A model generated the notes under the pieces. It was given only the letters and a program-made list of their open reading frames with translations, made no database searches and was not told the origin of the DNA. Of a DNA stretch of 64,000 nucleotides, positions 55,840 through 64,000 are shown piece after piece. The position numbers and the translations under genes were made by a program. Source of the DNA: Eledone cirrhosa (lineage: Eukaryota); assembly GCA_964016885.1 (NCBI GenBank), contig OZ024751.1, forward strand, positions 19,840,001 to 19,904,000. The letters run 5' to 3'. Positions within the stretch are counted from its first letter, which is position 1. Every line of letters starts with the position of its first letter.

Positions 55840-56334
55840 CTCCTTCCGTGTGTGAGTCTCAGCATGTGTGTCTTTGTACGTCTTTCTGTGTGTAAGTTTA
55901 TGGCATACGTGTTTTGTTATGTCCTCTGTGTGTTTATTTCTGTCTGTGTATATATGTATGTGTGTGACTCCGAGTGTGTTTGTCTATTTGTGTATCTGTA
56001 TCTCTGTCTTCTATTCGTGTGTAAGTGGCATGTGTGTATGTGTATATATGTATGTATATACTTGCGCGTGTGTGTGTGTGTGTCATTGTTAAAGGGAGCT
56101 GGGTTATTATTATTTTGTACTTTCTGTAATGCTAGTTATCAAGGCGGACAGACGGACGGACATACACACAAACTAAAATATATAATATAAAAAAACAAGA
56201 TTAAAAACAAATCAAAACAAAATAAAAAAATACGTGAACAATTAAAAATAAATAGAATAAAAAATAAGAAAAACAGTTAACCCCTAAAACAAAAGGGGAA
56301 AAGGGGTAAAATAAATACAAGAAAACTGAAGCTT

Positions 56335-56386
<52 letters not shown>

Positions 56387-56556
56387 TGTTGTTACAAAGA
56401 GGAATTAGGATTTGTATGTATGACCTCAGAGGTCAGTGAAACAAAAAGAATAAAATGGATGTGAATAAAAATAGCAACAAAAATGAAAATAATACGATAA
56501 ATCCATCATATACGCTTACATATGAATACATATATATATGTGTATATATGTATGTG

Positions 56557-56590
<34 letters not shown>

Positions 56591-57295
56591 TGTATATGTA
56601 TACGTATGTGTGTATGTATGTATATGTATGTATGTATATAGATATACATACAGATATACACACACATACAAAACTTAAAAAGCTATTGTAATGTATCCCT
56701 TACACATCCATATATACATACAGATTTACACATGTGCCAGCATCCTGTACATATATGCATCTATACTTACAACAAAACCATAATACATACATACATACAT
56801 ACACATACATACACAGATATCCTTATACACCCTTAAAAGTAGGGTGAAAATAAAGTGGGATATTTATATATATATATATATATATAATTGAGTAAGAGAT
56901 CACCTTCCTATGTCGTCCATGGCAGATTGGTTTATCAGAGCAGAAGTAGTTAGTGGAAACAGTTGGAGGGGAGAAGAGGGGGAGGATGTACTGTAGTTTA
57001 TTTTCATTCATGTCTTGGTCTCTTGTTCAGAACAGCAAATGTGTTGACGGAGGTGTCGGTGGTGGTGATGACGGCGGTCGTGGTGGTGGACAGAGGTTGG
57101 TGAGTGAGATAATGAGGAACTAAAAGTGTGGTGGTATTTACTTACTGGTGTTATGTTGCTGTTGTTGTTGTCGTTGTTGTTGCCGTGTCGTTGCCGTGTT
57201 GTTGTTGTTGTTGTTGTTGTTGTTGTCGTTGTTGTCGTTATTGTTCAAACTCATATCAACTTTGATTGAAGAAAACAGACCTTGACTATCTCTAC

Positions 57296-57580
57296 TCAAA
57301 GACATTCCATATATGACCATCCCATTTTTAAGGGTTTCTAGGAAATTATCTATCCAGTGTATTCTATTTACGATCAAAGACATTCCAAATATGACTATCC
57401 CATCCCATCTTTTTAATGGTATCTAGGAAATTATCTATCTAGTGTATCCTACAATTTACGATCAAAGACATTCCAGAAATGACCAACCAAACTTTTTAAG
57501 GGTATCTAGGAAATTATCTATCTAGTGTATTCTATCTATGATCAAAGGCATTCTAGATATGACCATCCCATCTTTATAAG
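57296..57580. repeat. ~80-bp tandem repeat, ~3.5 copies
   Basis: TCAAAGACATTCC...ATGACCATCCCA...TCTAGGAAATTATCTATC.AGTGTA repeated. Confidence 0.85.
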
Positions 57581-58457
57581 GATAGAAAGAAACTTTTCAG
57601 TTTTATTACGGAAACGACTGCCTTCTCCCTAAAGCTGGTGCTACGATAAAAGCATCTAGTACACTCTGCAATCTAGCTGGCGCTCGGAAGAGCATCCGGC
57701 TGTAGAAACGATGCCAAACAAACAGTTCAGAGGATTCTTCAGTTATGTTAGGACATAGTAAACCTTCTACTGATGGTGCCATGATCAAATGTACCCAGTA
57801 CACTCTGTAAAGTGGTTGTTTATATGAAAGGCAGCCAGCTGTAGAAACCACGCTAAAACTGAAACGTATGTTAGCAAGACATGGCTCCCAGTTTCAACTA
57901 AGTAATGAGTGGCTATATGACAACCTGTCCAGCCCATGCCAATACAGAAGAGAATGGACATTAAATGATGATGATCATTATTGTTATCGTCGACGTTGTC
58001 GTCATTATCATCGCCTTCATCATTATCTTCATCATCATTAGCATAATTATCATCATACACTTTTAATAGTTGGTGTAAGTGGAGTCTTAAGTGTTGTAGT
58101 AAGTACTTAAGTTAGCAGACTGCACTAACCCTACATCCTAAATCATCATCATCATCATCATAACCATCCCCCAGCATCACTACAGCCACTACCACCATTA
58201 TCCTTACCACCACCATCATAATCGCAGCAACTATTACCATCACCATAATCATTTTCACCACCGCTACCATCATCATCACCACCACCAACACCACCATCAA
58301 TACCAGCCCCACAATTGTCATCACCACCACCACCACCACCACCAACACTACTATCATTTTCATCATCACCATCATCATCACCATCATCACCGTCATCATC
58401 ATCACCATCAATATCATTATCATCATCATCATCATCATCATCACCACCATTATCATT

Positions 58458-58492
<35 letters not shown>

Positions 58493-58962
58493 TAACCTCA
58501 TGGGATTAAACGAAGTCTTCAGAGTTTTAAAGTTTGGGTATCTTTGAAAAACAGGATTGATTGTATCATAAACTAGTTGCTGATAGATGTAAGGTATGGG
58601 GGGGGGGAGTATGAGGTGGTGGTGAAATGGGTGGGGTTGGGTGGTGTGTAGTGTAAGGTGGGGGTAGGTGTGGGGTGGAGTGTGTAGAGTTAGGTGGAAG
58701 TTGGTGGTGGGGTGGTGAGGAAAAAGGATTCCAAAAGATCTCCAATAATAGTGCTTTGTGTGTGTATGTATGTATACATACATACACAGCTATATATATA
58801 TATATGGTTAAGGATGGTTTTATGCATATGTATGAGACAATGAGTATATACATGTGCGTGTGTGTGTATGTGTGTATGTGTGTATGTACGTAAATAAATA
58901 CACATGGATATATATGTCAGGTTAAGGACGGATTTATGCATATGTATAAGACGATGTGTGTA

Positions 58963-59008
<46 letters not shown>

Positions 59009-60341
59009 TGTGTGTGTGTGTATACGTAAATAAATACACATGGGTATATATGGAAGGTTAAGGACGGATTTATGGATATGTATGAGACGATGTGTGTCTA
59101 TGTATTTAAGTGTTTGCGAGTTTGTGTGTACGTGTATATATGTGTGTGTTTGTTTGTGCGTGTGTATACATAAATGCATACACATAAATATATATATATA
59201 TATATATATGGTTAAGGATGGATTTATGCATATGTATGAGACGATGTGTGTGTGTATACATGAGTGTGTGTGTGTGTGTGTTCGCGTGTGTATATGTGTG
59301 TGTGTGTGTCCAACTAACTCATTTATATTTACGTATATGTTTCTGTGTTAGTATGAGATAAATGGACAGACAAAAAAAGGGAGTGTAACCCCCCCATTCC
59401 CCCCCCCCCCCCCCGCACCACCACCCCTCAATTACCTCCCAATACCCCCCACCTCTCAATCTCCATACAAAAATAACTATGGCCACTGTGTGAGGTTTTG
59501 AAGACTAAAAAGTATCTGAGCTGGGGGCCCGGGTTGGGTTGGGAGTGAGGTGGAGTGGGGTTGGTGCTGCTGGTATGTATCTGTGTCACGATGGAAAGGG
59601 CAGTGGAGGGGATGTCAAAGAAAAACAAAGCTACCAGTGGTGATAGTAGTTGTGGTGGTAGTGGTGTTGGTGGTGGTGATAGTAGTTGTGGTGATGGTAG
59701 GGATAGTAGTTGTGGTGGTGGTGATAGTAGTTGTGGTGGTGGTGGTGATAGTAGATGTAGTGGTGATAGTAGTTGTGGCGTTGGTGGTGGTGATAGTAGT
59801 AGTTGTGGCGTTGGTGGTGGTGATAGTAGTTGTGGTGGTGGTGGTGATAGTAGATGTGGTGGTGGTGGTGATAGTAGTGGTGTTGGTGGTAGGGATAGTA
59901 GCTGTAGTGGTGTTGGTGGTAAGTAGAAGTTAATGTGAAATGGTGGGGAGCAGGTTTCAATCACAGGAAGGCAGTTGTTGACATGGCTTGTGTTTTAACA
60001 TCAGGACAGATTGCTCTTTGGGGTGGCGTGGAGTAAGGGTGGAGTAGGGATGATGCGGGTGCGGTAAAGGGGAGGGGAATAAATATATAAAACAAATACA
60101 TTTAAAGAACAAATTAAGCCAAAAAAAGCAAAGATTTTTTTTTCATTTTTCTTTCATTTTTCTTTCATTTTTCTTTCATTTTTCTTTCATTTTTCTTTCA
60201 TTTTTCTTTCATTTTTCTTTCATTTTTAGTTTGTTTTCATAGAGTATGTAGGAGTTTCTGAAAATATCTGTGAAAGGTTGGCGTTCTGTCTATCTGTCCA
60301 GCTGTGGGTCTGTGAATCTATGAGTACATTATATATATATT

Positions 60342-60508
60342 TGGCAGTATCCGTAGAGGGTCGGACGCCATGCTTTCCAGCATAGTTACGTCCCTTTACG
60401 GTCTGAGTTCAAATCCCGCCGAGGTTGACTTTGCCTTTCATCCTTACGGGGTCGATAAAATAAAGTACCAGTAATGCACTGGGTAATTACTGGCCTAAAG
60501 TAGAAACA
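60342..60508 (+). mobile_element. SINE family 1 inserted in a short TA tract
   Basis: Near-identical to 674-847; flanked by ATTATATATATAT on both sides. Confidence 0.9.
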
Positions 60509-62066
60509 ATTATATATATATATAACCGTAGTGAATACCAGAGGTTGATGGAGGAGGATGGGACTGCCCGGCTTTCCGTTGTTTTTTCCATTATCTTTGA
60601 GCTGTGCGCTCCCTATTTTGAATATATATATATATAGTGGCAGAACCCTGGTGGGTTAAATCCGCAGTATTAGAGCACTCAGTCCATGGGACGAATTTTT
60701 GGTAGAAGTAGTTCTACAACAGTTAGTAAGCCATTTCCGAGGACAATTTATTTCACCTTTGCATAAAGGAATATTTGATCTAATACGATAAAGAAGAGTC
60801 GGCCATCAATTCCGTTTTAGTTTTTAGATGTACTCTCAGGTCTTGAACAACCGCCCCCATCCCACCCCCATCCCCTCGTTTATTAATTTTTCAGATTGTT
60901 TCCACCCCCATCCCGTTTATTAAATTTTGCTAATCTATCTCCGGCGAAATTTTATTGTAAGTAATTCATATCGATACAGCAGCTGGAGAATCTAATAATA
61001 ATTTTATTTTACATAAAAAAAAAAACCCATTATATATGACAAAAAAAAAAAGAACATTACAAGAAATCCCATATTTACGAACGTACGCGATACAATTATC
61101 GACCCCCCCCCCCTCTTATAAGAATTTAAGCAAATGTCCAACATCCCTACTCCACCCCGCATATTCTACCCCTCTATTATTTGGCACCCGAGAATAACTA
61201 GAAGTGTAAACAATCCGGCTGACTTAAGAAACACTGTGGAAAAAATGAAAACCGTCCCAACGCAAATGAGTCCAATAATAGTCGATCCCTATGAACATTG
61301 AGAAAAATCAGGTACAGCATCTCTGGAGGTGGGGAAAAATGTAGACTCGTAGTGAGGGGGGGGATATATAATTACCCTAAATATTTAATTATAGTAAAGA
61401 AAGGAAAGGGTGTCAACTTCGAACCTCGAGTTAATTAAGAGATTTAATAAAATGGTCATGTAGTGCAGTTGGGGAGGGGCGAGGGGGTCGGATCTTTGGT
61501 TACTATGGTGATGACTGCAGACATGTAAGTGCAGTCTCATTAGATCTGTTCAGTGAAGCAGAATCTTATCAATACTTTGACAGGTTCTAGATGACTGCCA
61601 GATGTAATGATTGACACTGAATGAATAGTGACACTATATAAAGGAAGTGTGTTTGTGTGTTTGTGTATGTATATGTCTATGCGTGTGAGTATGTGTGCAT
61701 GTGTGAGTAAGAGAGAGAAAGAGCGTGTGTGTGTGTGTGTGTATATATGTGTTTTAATATTTAGTCTGTGTGGGGTCATTGTCTTGTGAGATGATTTAGT
61801 CGATCATATCGACCCTGTTCCTTGTTTCATTTTTAAACACCAGAGCTTAATTTATCCATCTTTGATGATCGAACTAATTTATGGGACAATGTAAGTACAG
61901 ATACAGGTATGTATACACGAATTAGATATATATATATATATATATGTGTGTATGTGTGTGTGTGTATAGGGGACTTTAGATCGATATGTTAGAAGCACAG
62001 AAGCCAATGCAATTTTTCGATCTTTCTTCCTATAGAACTGATCAACGTTAATGATATCACATGCGT

Positions 62067-62118
<52 letters not shown>

Positions 62119-62232
62119 ATATTGACGAGGTTAGTATTAGTCATAAACCCGTTTACTCACACTTACTTAATGAGATATGGTTTGAACACGTGCTGAGCAA
62201 AACTTGTCTCTGAGTGCTAACAGTGTATAACC

Positions 62233-62288
<56 letters not shown>

Positions 62289-62373
62289 AGTCAAACAAAG
62301 CCGTACGTTAAAACTATCCATGACGCAGAGTACTCACCTCTAACTGGATTACCTATAACGATAACTTGTTATC

Positions 62374-62404
<31 letters not shown>

Positions 62405-62407
<3 letters not shown>

Positions 62408-62562
62408 GATGATTCTTGATGATTTCTAAAGATTCCTGATGATTTCTAAAGAATGAAACAGTTCTAGTCCTGTAGAATCTCATCTATATTAAAACTTTTA
62501 TACTCTGCAAAGTATTGAGTACCTTACTTACTGTGGTTACTTCCGATTCAACCCGGAATAAC
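62405..62562 (+). mobile_element. Cassette family H with hammerhead core
   Basis: CTGATGA-TTTC(TAAA)GAAT-GAAA-C(AGTTCTA)G-TC at 62436-62469; 3' body shared with 27523-27575 and 38376-38445; TA-flanked. Confidence 0.65.
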
Positions 62563-62649
<87 letters not shown>

Positions 62650-64000
62650 ATATACAGAAAATCTACCAGGAACATACAAGGGTTAAGTTTTTTATTTTTT
62701 TCAAACCTTTCTCACATCCATTAACTTCTTCCTTCTCCCCTACCTCGTTCTCTTTTTTTTTAAAAGATCCTAACATCCTTTATTGTATGGGTATGAGGGT
62801 GGGTGGAGTAATGAGGGTGGGGTTGGCGGGGATCACTTTTGAAGGTTCTAAGAAGTTTTCATGCTTGTTTTAAAGACAGTCGCTAAGATTAAAGATAAAA
62901 AGATAAAGTGTTCTGTGGTAAAGTGAAAGACAGGACTGAATATTCATAATCAATGGAAATGTTCCAGACCCAGAATGGGGTGGAGAGTGAGGTGGAATCA
63001 TAACAGTGGACACAGGCATAGATATGTCGATATGAAGTTGGATTTATAAGCCATGTAGTCTGAGATTCGTTTCTACACAGCATGATACCTGCTTGAGCAA
63101 GTGTCTTACAAATATAGAATCGGGTTGACCAATGCCTTGTGAGTAAAACTGCATCTTCGTTTTTCTTAATAAACCCTACTCCATCGTTTTTCCTCCCCGC
63201 TTTTCTCCTGCCCTTCCTCTCTCCCTTTCTCTCTATAAACCTCTCATTTCTCATCTAGTACTTTAGATTCTCTCTCTTCCCCCCCCCCACCCCCACTCTC
63301 CGTTCGGTTTATAAATTATAAAACCATCAGAAAGTCACTACTTATAAATATATTTACAATCTACCGACTAATTATTTCGATCACCTCATACAGAATTTAA
63401 ACACTTGTATTTATTTTAAATTTTGAAAATTTACAGTTTATTTTAACTTAAAACTCCTTTAAAACTCATTGAGACTCTTTTTCTACTGAATCAAGCGTAA
63501 AACTAATATATTTCTTCATTGTACTGTATCATTTGCTTTGTTATTTCTGTTTACTTTTTGCATCGTTTGTGTATGTGTCTCTCCCCCCCCCTCTCCCCCC
63601 CCCCCTCCCCCCCTCTCTCTCTCTCGCTCTCTCAGTATATATATATATATACACATAAACACTACCTACTAGATTCAGCCACTTCTTTCTGGTGACATGA
63701 TAAAACCTTTCCTTCTCGTCAGATCAAACATTCAATGTCTTTCCCGCTGATTCTCTTTAATGTCTTGAGAGGTCTTACGCGTTTCTGTTTCACATCACAT
63801 CTTGAATCCTACATTGTTCACGACCGCTGCTTGGAAAACACAGACACACACATTCACACACATACACACAAATATATATATATATATACTCATACACGCA
63901 CACTCATACATATATATATATACTCAAACAAACGCACACACACATACACACACACATATATATATATATAAAACATGAGAAGAAAGAAGAATACTGCGTG

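Noticed and set aside
56890-57015. Possible first exon on the minus strand (gccATGGACGACATAGGAAG|gt)
   Set aside because: Weak donor and no supporting downstream exon.
58800-59250. Four copies of GGTTAAGGATGGATTTATGCATATGTATGAGACGATG in TG/TA repeats
   Set aside because: Local slippage duplications with no structure or coding signal; similar cases at 13523-13740 and 42378-42620.
60831-61196. Possible MITE (TACTCTCAGGT... / ...GCACCCGAGAATA)
   Set aside because: TIR match too short and degenerate to call.

Overview
AT-rich eukaryotic non-coding DNA saturated with microsatellites. The SINE content and the TA/CA/ATC repeat density suggest an octopus or other cephalopod genome (inference). I recognise no intact host protein-coding gene, and nearly all ORF-track entries are low-complexity artefacts. 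Supported features are: ~20 copies of a tRNA-derived SINE (some with exact TSDs); an internally deleted hAT transposon with TIRs and an 8-bp TSD (19106-21019); a Penelope-like (Neptune-type) GIY-YIG fragment (43151-44120); CRE-like and R4-like REL-endonuclease LINE tails; a tandem bipartite RTE-derived element; several MITEs; and minisatellites. The strongest hidden signal is a set of short non-coding cassettes inserted in (TA)n tracts that carry minimal type-I hammerhead ribozymes. There are eight complete canonical-core copies from three unrelated families (one family shows compensatory base changes), plus variant or partial copies from several more. These cassettes often sit in fold-back palindromes or twin-priming-like inversions, consistent with Penelope pLTR / retrozyme-like elements.
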